DNA of 64,000 nt from a virus (Duplodnaviria; Caudoviricetes). Shown in pieces: positions 49,417-59,161 of the stretch. The notes beneath the pieces are model-generated. The model saw only the letters and a program-made list of their open reading frames with translations. It had not been told where the DNA came from and ran no database searches. Position 1 is the first letter of the stretch, and each line of letters starts with the position of its first letter. The position numbers and the translations under genes are program-made. The stretch is taken from the IMG/VR virus record IMGVR_UViG_3300010167_000010, positions 64,001 to 128,000 of that record. One strand, given 5' to 3'.

Positions 49417-52400
49417 TTATATTTCCTTTGTAGTAACATTTATAATTACATTGTTGTATGGCATTTCAAAAGTAAATCTTGTTGCACCATTTTGATGATG
49501 AACTAATCTAACATTTGGTAATTTATCTATTTGTTTTGCTGTTTTATCGCTTGCCATAAATCCATTAGTAAAGTTAAGTTGTACAGATATAGTATCATCA
49601 GCTCTCCACATTGCAGGTGTGCTAACGTTAACACCTAAAGAGTGTTCGTCTTCACTCGTAATGAAAGTTAACCAATACTCATTTCTAAATACTCTAAACT
49701 CTTGTGTCAATATTAAAGATGGTCCTTGTCGAGCATCAAGTTTATCAACTAATAAATTACTTACAGAAGTAAATCTTATAGTAAGTATCTCATAATCAGT
49801 TCCAATTGGTATTGGTTTATCACTTATTACTAATCTACCAGTTTCTTCACCTATAGTTGCCCTTTCTTTATCATCTGAAATAATTTCCCATTTTCCTCTA
49901 ATATCTGTTAATCCTGTTGGATTAAAAATGTTACCTTCATTATCAAACCAAGTAATTCCTAAATTATAACCATTACTTGTTCTAACTGGATGATTATTTA
50001 TTTCACCATTATATAAATGTACATAAACTTCAATTGGTAATCGTACTACTTTAGTTGGATCAAATGTTGGTGTAAATACTAATGTTGATGAGCCTATACT
50101 TAATGCAGTTATAATTGCTTTATCTAAAGAATTAGCTACTGCTGGTTCTACTGAAAAAGTATTTCCATCAACAGACCAAGTTCCTGTTCTATCAGCTGTA
50201 TAACTATTTCCCCAATTTATATGAGCTTCATATTCTTCATTTCTAGAAGGTGTTTTATGAATAAAATCTTCTATTCCTCTTCTATTAGCAATTACTTGAC
50301 CTTCAATTAAAAGTTCTTTTATTTCTCTTAATACTAATACATTTACAATTTTTGATAAACCTGATGCAGTTTGAATTGTAAATCTAGCGGTATCACCATC
50401 TTTTGGTTCTTCTATTACTCTAATTCTACCCCAACTGTTTATACCTTGGGTTGAACCAATAACTTCAATATTAGGAGTACAGTCTATAATAGTAATAGGA
50501 TCATTAACACCTAATGGTTCAATTATAAATTCTATAGTATTATTCATTCTTTCATCTTCAAACCATACTAAGTTTTTAGTATCTGTTATTGGATGATTGT
50601 TTATTTTATAGTCTAAAACAAATATTTTATGATAATAAGATGGCTCAATATGAAGTATTGCAATATTCCCATTCATAACTTCTGGTAATCTTCTAGCAAA
50701 AAACTTCCAAGCAAATGAATTTGCTAATTGTTCCATTCCAATTGAGTTGGTCATTTTCCAAATAAAATATCCAATTTGAGTTGTATTATTACTATACATA
50801 AATATTTCAAGTTTTATTTCTTCATAATATGCTTGATATAAAACACCATTAAAACCTGTCGTATTTGTAACATAACCAGATGGAATACTTGGATGCATTT
50901 GAACTTCAATCATTTGTCTAGCTGGTCTAAAATCTAAAATTAAATCTTCACCTGTTAAATTCATACCTTCTGGATTAAAAAACTTATGTTCACCAATTAA
51001 ACCATAATCTAAGATACGAGAAGGATTAGATTTTTCATAAAGTATCCAACCTCTTCCATCATCAGGGTTTCTCCAACCAGAATCTCTACCAATAACACCA
51101 TCACCATTCATAAATTGCGATCTAATTTGTACAACACCATTAGCATTAGAATAAGAATAAATTTCACCAGTTTTTCTACCAAGTGCATCTACTGCCTTAT
51201 CTCTTCTAATATTATCATATAATAAACCTTCAATATTTCCGACAATAATTCTATAACCTGAAATATGATTACAAGCTACTTTTGGGATTACATAATTTAC
51301 TATAAAACCATCTGGTCCTAATTCTTCTGTCCCAATTACATCAACTACTGTTCTCATATTTGGAATAAAATTAATGCTTGATTCGTCAAACTTAGTTAAA
51401 TCGTCTGCATTAAATTTAATATTTCCAATTTCCCAAGGATATACAATATCAATCTGATCAAAATAGAATGTATATTTTCTATTTGGTACTACGTTTTTAA
51501 ATGTAATTTTTGATGGAGCATGTATAACAAATTTATAAACTGAAAAACCAGGTTCTAATTCTATTTCAGTATCACCCCTAACATTATTAAATTCTTTAAG
51601 AGGCATTGCCATTCCAGTTGTTATAAGCGCATCAATTTCTGGTCTATTATAAGTTTCTTCTTTATTATATACTTCATCTTTTGTATATACATCTTCTTTA
51701 TCAGCTTTTTCATCTAATAAATCATCTGTTTCTTCTCGAGTATAATAATTTTCTAAAGTATCATCAATTTCATCTTTAGTATAATAATTTTCATCAAGAT
51801 AACCGCTTATACTTTCTACTTTATTATCTACTTCATTAATTAAACCTGATAACCAAAGATCACCTGAAACTCTGTTATTTTCTAATTCAAATGCTCTTTC
51901 AACCATTATAGTATGTAATCCAGAAATTCTTAAAGTATTATTAAATACTTCTCCTGAAACTACTTCTAATTCACCAGAAATAGTATGAACTATTTCAAAA
52001 GCTTTTTCATTAGTTATTTCACCAGAAATTAAATATCGTTCATCAATCTCTTGATTATAAACTTTTATTTCTTCGGCTTCAAGATCAATATTTTCAGCTT
52101 CAATTTTAATATCTTCTTCAATTTTAATATCTAATTCTTTAGTTCTAATATCGAAAGTTTCTGTTTCTAAATCTATTTTTTCTTTTGCTTCTACTTGGAA
52201 ACTTTTTGCAAATACAATTTCATCATTTCCAATATTTGTAGTTCTATCATTTTTAATTGTAGTTACAACATTACCACTAACAAAATTATTTTCATTTTCT
52301 AAAATATAAGTAATTTTATTTTTAATAAATGTATCTAATATACCATTTTCAGCTCTGTTATAAATATTACCGCTAGCATTTAAAAAATAATCTTTTGCAT

Positions 52401-54360
52401 TTTGCGTCCAATTAAAACCAGGAGCTTCGGCAACTACATCTGAATATTTTATCCAGTTTATAGTAAGCTTAATATCACTTAAGCTGCTTACTGTATGGCC
52501 TTTTACTATAATCTTATCGAATAATTCAAATGTTGGACCAGGCCAATACCATTCAAATTTACCATCAGTTACAGTTGCTGATGGTGCTACAAGACCTTTG
52601 TCTGTTCCGAAGAACACTGGGTTATTATTTGTTGCTACATGTCCAATTTCTAATCTGAAATCAAACGGAATTTTTTGATCATTAAGTAATTCAGTTACTC
52701 TTAAACCAATATTTTCTACAATTGGTTGATCAATATTTATATTATTTTTATTTCCAACATCAATTACAAATTGACCTCTATTTTCTTCAGGAATTTCTTG
52801 TTGGATTAAAGATGGTATTATAGTATTTCTAAATACATCCCATCTGCGAGTATCATTTGCATTAGCACCATTTACTTTTGGTTCTAATAAATCTGCTAAT
52901 TTTAATTTTAAATCTGTCTGTTTATTTATATCACCTACAATGTGTCCCCATTCTGTAGTTAAACTTTTTAATGCTTGAGAAATTGGTACACCATTATAAA
53001 GTGGTTCACCTTCAACTGGACCAATTAAGTTTACTGGAAGTGCTCTTGTTGGATCACCAATGTTAACTGATGTAACTGGTTTGAAGAGTAAATATATTCT
53101 GACATTATGTAATAAAGCTGTTCGAGTAATATCATCTAAATGTAAAGTTATTCTATTAAATCTTTGACCAGAAAGTTTCCAAAGAATTGTTGAAGTTGAA
53201 GACCATTTTTCTGATCTTTGACCTTGATCTGTTTCTAACCAAACAAAAGTTTGTTGAGTATTTAAACTTCCAATTTCTATCTGTACAGCTTCAATTTCAT
53301 TATGACCATCTGTTAAAGCATCAAAATGTGTTCCAAGATTAGTTGCTAATACTCCACCTTCTTGTAAAGAAATATTATTTGTTGAAAATGCTAATCTATT
53401 TCCTTCTGAACCTTTTTCTACTTGTTCAAATGCTTTTACATACTCACCTTGAGATACTACATATCTATCTGTTCCTTGTGGAAATGGCTTTATTGCTTCT
53501 GTAGTAATATTCCATTTTTCTCTTTCTTCAGGAGTAACATGAACTGATACTGGAGCTCCAATATCTCTAATATGTTCATCTAAACTCTCTGCTGTCTTTT
53601 CTGATAATTCTATATTTTCATTCCAAGCTTTTCTTTCTGAACCATCGCCTTTTAGGTGAAATTGTGTATCATTTACGTGATCATTAAACACTGGGAAAGT
53701 TACATAAGCTCTTAAATCGGGAGCATCAATTTCTACCCAAGTTTCATGCGGAGTTGGTGTTTGCTTCATATCCCAAATCCAATATGTTGCAGTATTATTT
53801 ATTCCTTCTTGACCAGGTTTTGGTTCTACTAAATAAAATCTTTCAACTACACCACCATCAGGAAAAGTTAAATTTAAAACTCTTTCTGCAGTTGTTGCCC
53901 ATGCATTAGTATCTGGATCTTTAATCCATCTAACATATGTAAACATTCTGTCTTGGTTATCTGCAATTTTTTGTTGAATCAATTCATATATTTCTATTTT
54001 AGAATATGTGTCAATAATTTCTGGTGTAATTTGAAGTTTAATTGCGCCATCACTATTTGGTAATTGCAATGGTCTATCATTTACTGCTATGGCTTGAATA
54101 CCATTAGCTTCTCCGTCTGGAATTTCCATCCAACCTGTCCATCGTGCAACACCATGAATATCTTTTACTAATCGTTTTTCGTATATTTTACCTTCTTCTT
54201 CTGTAGCTCTGAATACTTGTCGACCAGCATCAAAATCGTATTTCCAAGATTGAAAGATTCCGTTTTTAGCTTGAGGAAAATCGTTTAATTTACCTTCTCT
54301 ATAAAAAATTGTACCGTTAGTCTGTTTTTCAAAAACATCTGTAGGATATATTTTAGCCAT
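49417..54360 (-). CDS. large (1647 aa) tail/fibre anchor protein
   Basis: YTKxE repeats, HVTPEEREKWN, WGHIVGDINKQTDL, C-terminal Ig-like/FEMP..NV.I domains. Confidence 0.75.
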   Translation of the reverse strand: MAKIYPTDVFEKQTNGTIFYREGKLNDFPQAKNGIFQSWKYDFDAGRQVFRATEEEGKIYEKRLVKDIHGVARWTGWMEIPDGEANGIQAIAVNDRPLQLPNSDGAIKLQITPEIIDTYSKIEIYELIQQKIADNQDRMFTYVRWIKDPDTNAWATTAERVLNLTFPDGGVVERFYLVEPKPGQEGINNTATYWIWDMKQTPTPHETWVEIDAPDLRAYVTFPVFNDHVNDTQFHLKGDGSERKAWNENIELSEKTAESLDEHIRDIGAPVSVHVTPEEREKWNITTEAIKPFPQGTDRYVVSQGEYVKAFEQVEKGSEGNRLAFSTNNISLQEGGVLATNLGTHFDALTDGHNEIEAVQIEIGSLNTQQTFVWLETDQGQRSEKWSSTSTILWKLSGQRFNRITLHLDDITRTALLHNVRIYLLFKPVTSVNIGDPTRALPVNLIGPVEGEPLYNGVPISQALKSLTTEWGHIVGDINKQTDLKLKLADLLEPKVNGANANDTRRWDVFRNTIIPSLIQQEIPEENRGQFVIDVGNKNNINIDQPIVENIGLRVTELLNDQKIPFDFRLEIGHVATNNNPVFFGTDKGLVAPSATVTDGKFEWYWPGPTFELFDKIIVKGHTVSSLSDIKLTINWIKYSDVVAEAPGFNWTQNAKDYFLNASGNIYNRAENGILDTFIKNKITYILENENNFVSGNVVTTIKNDRTTNIGNDEIVFAKSFQVEAKEKIDLETETFDIRTKELDIKIEEDIKIEAENIDLEAEEIKVYNQEIDERYLISGEITNEKAFEIVHTISGELEVVSGEVFNNTLRISGLHTIMVERAFELENNRVSGDLWLSGLINEVDNKVESISGYLDENYYTKDEIDDTLENYYTREETDDLLDEKADKEDVYTKDEVYNKEETYNRPEIDALITTGMAMPLKEFNNVRGDTEIELEPGFSVYKFVIHAPSKITFKNVVPNRKYTFYFDQIDIVYPWEIGNIKFNADDLTKFDESSINFIPNMRTVVDVIGTEELGPDGFIVNYVIPKVACNHISGYRIIVGNIEGLLYDNIRRDKAVDALGRKTGEIYSYSNANGVVQIRSQFMNGDGVIGRDSGWRNPDDGRGWILYEKSNPSRILDYGLIGEHKFFNPEGMNLTGEDLILDFRPARQMIEVQMHPSIPSGYVTNTTGFNGVLYQAYYEEIKLEIFMYSNNTTQIGYFIWKMTNSIGMEQLANSFAWKFFARRLPEVMNGNIAILHIEPSYYHKIFVLDYKINNHPITDTKNLVWFEDERMNNTIEFIIEPLGVNDPITIIDCTPNIEVIGSTQGINSWGRIRVIEEPKDGDTARFTIQTASGLSKIVNVLVLREIKELLIEGQVIANRRGIEDFIHKTPSRNEEYEAHINWGNSYTADRTGTWSVDGNTFSVEPAVANSLDKAIITALSIGSSTLVFTPTFDPTKVVRLPIEVYVHLYNGEINNHPVRTSNGYNLGITWFDNEGNIFNPTGLTDIRGKWEIISDDKERATIGEETGRLVISDKPIPIGTDYEILTIRFTSVSNLLVDKLDARQGPSLILTQEFRVFRNEYWLTFITSEDEHSLGVNVSTPAMWRADDTISVQLNFTNGFMASDKTAKQIDKLPNVRLVHHQNGATRFTFEMPYNNVIINVTTKEI
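51640..51790 (-). repeat. YTKxE/YNKxE coding repeats
   Basis: YYTKDEID...YYTREETD...VYTKDEVYNKEETYNRPE. Confidence 0.7.
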
Positions 54361-54380
54361 TAGACATCTCCTATTTTTAT

Positions 54381-54389
54381 TATTTAGTT
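54381..54389 (-). promoter_or_regulatory. class B (late-like) promoter motif heading the tail operon
   Basis: AACTAAATA then AGGAG and ATG 54360; resembles the T4 late TATAAATA element. Confidence 0.65.
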
Positions 54390-54455
54390 AGTTTTTAACA
54401 TAAAAATGACTTTCAAACTTTATTGATTTTTTTAAAAAAGTTTACTAATTATTAA

Positions 54456-54707
54456 ATGGATTTTATTTGGTATAATAATGGTGAACGTAATAAAAAAATT
54501 TATGAAGGCCAAGACCCGCCAAAAGGATATAAAAAAGGGTATTTTATTGTAAAAAATAAAATGGAAAGACTTAAAAAATTAAATAAAATTTATGATAGAA
54601 AAATTGAAGCATTAGAAAAGAAAACTAAATTACAATTAAAACTTAAAAAGGAGAAATTAGAGAAAGAATTGAAAGAGAAACAACAAATTATCTTTCCTGA
54701 TCTTTAG
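54456..54707 (+). CDS. small basic protein with WYNNG (NUMOD-like) motif and coiled coil
   Basis: WYNNG...PPKGYKKG, same motif as the C-terminus of the HNH at 7167; class B motif at 54443-54451. Confidence 0.6.
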   Translation: MDFIWYNNGERNKKIYEGQDPPKGYKKGYFIVKNKMERLKKLNKIYDRKIEALEKKTKLQLKLKKEKLEKELKEKQQIIFPDL

Positions 54708-54721
54708 TTAATATAATAAAA

Positions 54722-54937
54722 ATGGAAACGATTTATGTATCAGAAAACACAACTCCTTTCTATTTAGCAAGGTGGTTATTTTTAAAGAAAAAGATTTCTC
54801 AAAAAGAGTTTAAAGAATATGTAAATATGAGTAAAGAAGAATTAATCAACATTTTATGTGATTTTAATTTCAAAATAAAATTTAGGGGACAAGATAAGGT
54901 AGTATTCGAACCAACAGGTAGTCAGTTATTTGATTAG
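54722..54937 (+). CDS. hypothetical protein
   Basis: 71 aa; class A motif at 54706-54715, 6 nt before ATG. Confidence 0.65.
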   Translation: METIYVSENTTPFYLARWLFLKKKISQKEFKEYVNMSKEELINILCDFNFKIKFRGQDKVVFEPTGSQLFD

Positions 54938-54941
54938 AATT

Positions 54942-54970
54942 TTGAACGATATTTTATAATATCTTATATT
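54942..54970 (+). promoter_or_regulatory. sigma70-like (early) promoter
   Basis: TTGAAC-N17-TATATT. Confidence 0.5.
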
Positions 54971-55009
54971 ATTATTGTAGGGATTTAATTCCTATAAGGG
55001 AGATGAAAT

Positions 55010-55237
55010 ATGAGACATACTATTAAAGTTGTTACGAGTAAACACGTAACTGAATCACATGCTACTTTTCTCCAAATGAACGGGTTCGATGTCCGGTCAA
55101 GAAAATCTAAAACTTTTATTATGGGACTTCCAGAAGATTTTGCTGATCTTTCAAGAAATGAAAGCATTTTTATGAGTGACATTATAAATGATGTTTCTCT
55201 TAAAATAACTGATGGTGATTTTACTTGGAGTAATTAA
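55010..55237 (+). CDS. hypothetical early protein
   Basis: 75 aa, AAGGGAG SD. Confidence 0.65.
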   Translation: MRHTIKVVTSKHVTESHATFLQMNGFDVRSRKSKTFIMGLPEDFADLSRNESIFMSDIINDVSLKITDGDFTWSN

Positions 55238-55341
55238 TGGTATTTGTAGTAATATTATTTAAGATGTCGATGTTAGCATTAGGTTGCGCATTAGCAATTT
55301 GGCTTACTTTGAGACTTATAAATTCTATAAGGAGTTTATAA
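55237..55341 (+). CDS. 34-aa membrane peptide
   Basis: MVFVVILFKMSMLALGCALAIWLTLRLINSIRSL*, GGAG SD, TAATG overlap. Confidence 0.5.
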   Translation: MVFVVILFKMSMLALGCALAIWLTLRLINSIRSL

Positions 55342-55371
55342 TATAAATTTATAGTTAATTTACTAATTATA

Positions 55372-55550
55372 AGGTAGTAATACCTCTTGGCACTGATTGA
55401 GAATTTGCTCTAGCCCGGGTATCCTGAAAGGATTGCTAATGGAGCTTATGAAGAACAGGTAGTTGAGTAAAAACTTACTGTGAGGGTAATCACCTATATC
55501 CTCGAGAAAAGATTAGGTGTTCGGCGGCTTTAAAAATTACTGCTGCCCAA
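55372..55550 (+). ncRNA. candidate structured ncRNA (about 180 nt)
   Basis: GC-richer than its flanks, no ORF in the track, follows overlapping class A and B motifs (55353-55369); hairpins AGGTA-GTAA-TACCT, ATCCT-GAA-AGGAT nested in GCTC-TAGC/GCTA..GAGC, CACCTA..TAGGTG, GGCGGC..GCTGCC. Confidence 0.5.
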
Positions 55551-55623
55551 CGGAAGGTTTGATAGCGGCTAATCGGCTTGGTTTGGGACCAAGATTTCGT
55601 GGGTTCGAGTCCCACCCTTCCGA
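55551..55623 (+). tRNA. tRNA-Pro (TGG)
   Basis: Acceptor CGGAAGG/CCTTCCG, anticodon arm CTTGG-TTTGGGA-CCAAG, T arm GTGGG-TTCGAGT-CCCAC; no encoded CCA. Confidence 0.92.
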
Positions 55624-55625
55624 AT

Positions 55626-55805
55626 ATGAATTTTGATGAAGAAAAATATGTCAGAAGTTTAGAAGCAAAATTGGATGCAATAAAACAATTAGCAGATGAA
55701 GCCTGGGAAAGTGGAAAACATTTAGTAATTTATGATCGTTCAATGTTACCTCTTTCTAATATTCGAGAAATTCAAATTATTTCTAATTTAGAAAAAAATA
55801 ATTAG
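55626..55805 (+). CDS. hypothetical protein
   Basis: Start moved to MNFDEE at ATG 55626, immediately after the tRNA. Confidence 0.55.
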   Translation: MNFDEEKYVRSLEAKLDAIKQLADEAWESGKHLVIYDRSMLPLSNIREIQIISNLEKNN

Positions 55806-55814
55806 GAGACTAAT

Positions 55815-56201
55815 ATGTCTACAAGATCACTTATTAATGTCGAATGTAATGATGGAATTGTAAGATCTGTTTATTGTCATTTCGACGGTTCTGATCATTT
55901 ACCCACTTTACAACTTCATTATAATTCGCAAGAATTAGCTGAAGCTTTAGTAAATTTGGGAGATATGAGTTCTTTAGGACCATTTATGTCTTGTCCAGAA
56001 GGTCACTCATTTGAAAATCCAGTTGATGATTATTCAGTATTTTATCATCGAGATCGTGGTGAAGATTGGGATGATACTTGTCCAGCTGAATTTGATACTT
56101 TGGCAGAAGCAAGAAAACAAGATCGTGGACAGCAATATATTTATGAATGGAAAGAAGGCGCTTGGCGCGGATATAATGTTTATAGAAAAAGATATATGTA
56201 A
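55815..56201 (+). CDS. conserved phage hypothetical protein (MSTRS...YCHxDG type)
   Basis: MSTRSLI, SVYCHFDG, YHRDRGE; AGGAG SD. Confidence 0.75.
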   Translation: MSTRSLINVECNDGIVRSVYCHFDGSDHLPTLQLHYNSQELAEALVNLGDMSSLGPFMSCPEGHSFENPVDDYSVFYHRDRGEDWDDTCPAEFDTLAEARKQDRGQQYIYEWKEGAWRGYNVYRKRYM

Positions 56202-56310
56202 GGGAGGTGAATAGATTGGTTTTGAGAAAAAGAGTAATATTTGTGATATTGATTTTAGTTGCTGCGTCATTTGCAGCAGTTGAGCTTTTTGTAAAAGTTC
56301 TATAATAATT

Positions 56311-56383
56311 TGCCTGGTAGTGTAATGGTTTAGCACTACAGACTTTGAATCTGTCAGTGGAGGTTCGAATCCTCCCTGGGCAG
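56311..56383 (+). tRNA. tRNA-Gln (TTG)
   Basis: Acceptor TGCCTGG/CTGGGCA, anticodon arm ACAGA-CTTTGAA-TCTGT, T arm GGAGG-TTCGAAT-CCTCC. Confidence 0.92.
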
Positions 56384-56402
56384 CTAATTTATGAGGTGAT
56401 AT

Positions 56403-56570
56403 ATGCCAACAATTATAAAAATTAGAAAGCCAAAACTTAATTACAGTTTTGAATATCTTAGTAAAAAATTAAAAAATAAAACAGTCGAACTTAACGATGA
56501 CGAATTATTGTCTCTAATGAATTCATTTCTTTATCTTTATAAAGAATTTAAAAATCAAGAAGGCATTTAA
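56403..56570 (+). CDS. small hypothetical protein (55 aa)
   Basis: MPTIIKIRKP...QEGI*, GAGGTG SD. Confidence 0.6.
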   Translation: MPTIIKIRKPKLNYSFEYLSKKLKNKTVELNDDELLSLMNSFLYLYKEFKNQEGI

Positions 56571-56845
56571 TGAAAGATGTTTATGGTTTTAATGTTGATG
56601 TTGGAGATTATGTAATATATCCAAATGAAATAAAACGATATAATTTTTATATTTGGAAAGTACATAAAGTTACACCCCAAAAAATTTGGACAGATAAATT
56701 TCCAGGAGCAAAAGAACCTTATTATAATGCATTTACTAGACAAATGGAAATAAGGGACACACAATTAGTAGGAAGAGAAAACGTTGTAAAAGCAACGCCT
56801 GAACAAATTGAAGTGGCCAGGCAAAGGGGGATGTTAGTTGAATGA
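56570..56845 (+). CDS. hypothetical protein (SH3-like beta pattern)
   Basis: MKDVYG..VDVGDYVIY. Confidence 0.65.
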   Translation: MKDVYGFNVDVGDYVIYPNEIKRYNFYIWKVHKVTPQKIWTDKFPGAKEPYYNAFTRQMEIRDTQLVGRENVVKATPEQIEVARQRGMLVE

Positions 56846-57054
56846 GTTGGAAATTTGGAATTCAATGTACTGAATGTAATAAAATTACAATACCTTATAG
56901 ATATGCAGATTGTATATGTGAAAAGTGCGGCGCGCTACTTTGGACAAGCGGAGATGATAAACGTATATTAAAATCTGGGCGCAGAGTATCATATAAAAAT
57001 CGTTTATTTAGAAAACCATTAGTAAGGACAGATATTTATGAAAACAATACTTAA
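56842..57054 (+). CDS. small zinc-ribbon protein
   Basis: CTEC...CEKC. Confidence 0.65.
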   Translation: MSWKFGIQCTECNKITIPYRYADCICEKCGALLWTSGDDKRILKSGRRVSYKNRLFRKPLVRTDIYENNT

Positions 57055-58246
57055 AGAAACAGCATCCATTAAAGTTTATCTTGAAACTGATAAGCTTGGA
57101 GATCAATGGAAAAAGTTTCGTTCAAAAGAATATAATTATAATTTTAATTTAAGAACAGGAATGTTCCAACGTTGGGGTATCTCAGAAAGAGATGATCCAG
57201 ATATGTCAGAATTTGGACCAGAAATTTTAGATTTTGAAATTACTACGTCTTGTAATGGAATTGATGGTAAACTTTGTAAATACTGTTATAAAGCCAATAC
57301 TCCAGAAGGAAAAAATACTTCATTTGAAGATTTTAAAAAAGTAATTCAAGAAATAAATTTTAATAATCAGCTAACTCAGGTTGCTTTTGGTTTAGGTTCA
57401 TCTGGATTAGAAAATCCAGAACTTTGGAATATGTGTGAATATCTCAGAGAAAACCACATTATACCAAACGGAACAATTGCTCAAGTTGATAATGAAACAG
57501 CCAGACTTATTTCAGAAAATTTTGGCGGAGTAGCTGTAAGTTTCCATTCTGATTTTGAAGTTCTAGCTGAAACAATTAAGAAACTTTCACTTGCATCTGT
57601 TAGTCCTTATCCAGAAAAAAGACAAACTTTACAACAGATCAATGTACATTTTTGTTTAATGGAAGAAACGTATGATGATTGTTTGAAACTTTTTGAAATG
57701 GTAAAAAGTGATAATCGATTTGAAGGGCTGAATGCAATAGTATTGCTTGGTCTCAAACAATGTGGAAGAGCCAAAACAGGTTTTAGTAAATTGTCAGACA
57801 AAAAATTTAGAGACTTAATTAGAATTGCATTTGAGAAGAAAATTGGAATTGGTTTTGATTCATGTTCTGCAAATAAGTTTATTAAGGCAGCTGAAATATT
57901 GTCAATGGAAAAAATACAACAAATTGAAGAGGGGTTAATAGATGATTTTGAAGTTGGCCATCAATTACCTAGACCAGAAGTAATGCTTGAAAAAATAAAA
58001 TTGCATAATATGCTTCAGTTAGTAGAGCCTTGTGAAAGTGGTTTATTTTCAAGTTATGTAAATGTTAATTGTATTTATCATCATTGTTCATTTGAAGAAG
58101 GGAGTGATAAAACTAATTGGAAAGGTTTCGATTTAATAAATAAATCTACTTCTTTTAAGCGATTTTGGCAAATACATGCTGAAATGAAAAGATGGAGAGA
58201 AGAATTGGCTGCATCTGGAAGAAGCTGTCCAATTTATGATGTTTAG
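57038..58246 (+). CDS. radical SAM enzyme with C-terminal Cys (Twitch/SPASM-like) region
   Basis: EITTSC-NGIDGKL-CKYCY (CX7CX2C), QVAFG, VAVS.H, GFDSC, PCESG..S.Y......HCSF, terminal CPIY. Confidence 0.85.
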   Translation: MKTILKETASIKVYLETDKLGDQWKKFRSKEYNYNFNLRTGMFQRWGISERDDPDMSEFGPEILDFEITTSCNGIDGKLCKYCYKANTPEGKNTSFEDFKKVIQEINFNNQLTQVAFGLGSSGLENPELWNMCEYLRENHIIPNGTIAQVDNETARLISENFGGVAVSFHSDFEVLAETIKKLSLASVSPYPEKRQTLQQINVHFCLMEETYDDCLKLFEMVKSDNRFEGLNAIVLLGLKQCGRAKTGFSKLSDKKFRDLIRIAFEKKIGIGFDSCSANKFIKAAEILSMEKIQQIEEGLIDDFEVGHQLPRPEVMLEKIKLHNMLQLVEPCESGLFSSYVNVNCIYHHCSFEEGSDKTNWKGFDLINKSTSFKRFWQIHAEMKRWREELAASGRSCPIYDV

Positions 58247-58248
58247 AT

Positions 58249-58335
58249 ATGATAGTATCAGTAATTATTTTAAGTTTTGGGTTCGGATTTTTATTCGGAA
58301 TATTAGCTGGTGGTAAATTAAGGAGTAAAATATGA
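58249..58335 (+). CDS. 28-aa membrane peptide
   Basis: MIVSVIILSFGFGFLFGILAGGKLRSKI*; ATGA overlap with the next gene. Confidence 0.45.
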   Translation: MIVSVIILSFGFGFLFGILAGGKLRSKI

Positions 58336-58772
58336 AAATAAGAAACGGTTTTGTTAGTAATAGTTCAAGCTCTTCATTTGTTATTGGATCAAATGAGAAA
58401 TTAGATAAAACTTTAAAAGAAAACTTTACAGAATTTTTTCCAGCTGAAAACGAAAGAACTAAAGAGTTTATAAAATTATTAGCAGATGAAATTGATTGGG
58501 AATTTGAAAGTTACGATGGACATGAAACAATGGAAACTTGGAAAGAATATGAGAAATATCATCGTGATGGTTGGGGTCAATATAATGAAGAAATTCCAGA
58601 AGAGGATATAAAACTTTATAAACCATTTTTTGATAATTGGAAATACGTTCACTTTATAAGAATACCTTCTGATGGTGATGGAGGAACTCGATTAAGTCAA
58701 GCATTACGATATGCTTTTCCAAGAGAATATAAAAGTGAAAAATGTGAAATTAAAATAGAATGTAATGGATAG
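58332..58772 (+). CDS. FVSNSSSSSF-motif protein 1
   Basis: MKIRNGFVSNSSSSSFVI N-terminus; AAGGAG SD. Confidence 0.8.
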   Translation: MKIRNGFVSNSSSSSFVIGSNEKLDKTLKENFTEFFPAENERTKEFIKLLADEIDWEFESYDGHETMETWKEYEKYHRDGWGQYNEEIPEEDIKLYKPFFDNWKYVHFIRIPSDGDGGTRLSQALRYAFPREYKSEKCEIKIECNG

Positions 58773-58784
58773 AAGGAGATAAAA

Positions 58785-59150
58785 ATGAAAATTAGAAATG
58801 GTTTTGTTAGTAATTCTAGTAGTTCAAGTTTTGTAATTGCTGGAGTAAGAATGGACGAAGATCAATTTGTTGAATTTTTTAATGTAGACGAAGATACTTT
58901 AGAAGAAATGAAAGAAGATTGTTATAATATTCCAACAAATTTTGACACAAAAGGTCTCGATATTGAAGTAGATTTTGAAAATGAATCTTTTTATGTAGGT
59001 AAAGTAATTATTGGTGATGACGGTGAATTTTATGGTGGATGCGCGCTTGATTTAAATGAAGCAACTAAAGCAATGAATTCTACTGAAGTAAAATCTATAA
59101 AAGAAAATGGGTATGTACCTAAAGTTTTAATAGTAACTATACCTGGGTAG
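58785..59150 (+). CDS. FVSNSSSSSF-motif protein 2
   Basis: MKIRNGFVSNSSSSSFVI N-terminus; AAGGAG SD. Confidence 0.8.
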   Translation: MKIRNGFVSNSSSSSFVIAGVRMDEDQFVEFFNVDEDTLEEMKEDCYNIPTNFDTKGLDIEVDFENESFYVGKVIIGDDGEFYGGCALDLNEATKAMNSTEVKSIKENGYVPKVLIVTIPG

Positions 59151-59161
59151 GAGAATTAAAA

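Noticed and set aside
55392-55440. Hammerhead ribozyme (CTGATTGAG...GAAA)
   Set aside because: The core deviates from CUGAnGA and I could not build the three required stems around it.
55578-55625. N-terminal extension of ORF 55578..55805
   Set aside because: It overlaps tRNA-Pro; ATG 55626 is the plausible start.
2598-57801. Short overlapping or antisense ORFs in the track (2598, 5673, 10064, 16559, 17038, 19988, 22712, 24296, 37067, 37801, 42485, 45532, 54985, 56011, 56034, 56567, 57607)
   Set aside because: Each lies largely within a better-supported gene or tRNA and has no recognisable motif.
57038-58246. Radical SAM gene as the NrdG activase
   Set aside because: At 402 aa with a C-terminal Cys region and CX7CX2C spacing it does not resemble NrdG, and it is 30 kb from nrdD. 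Not formally excluded.
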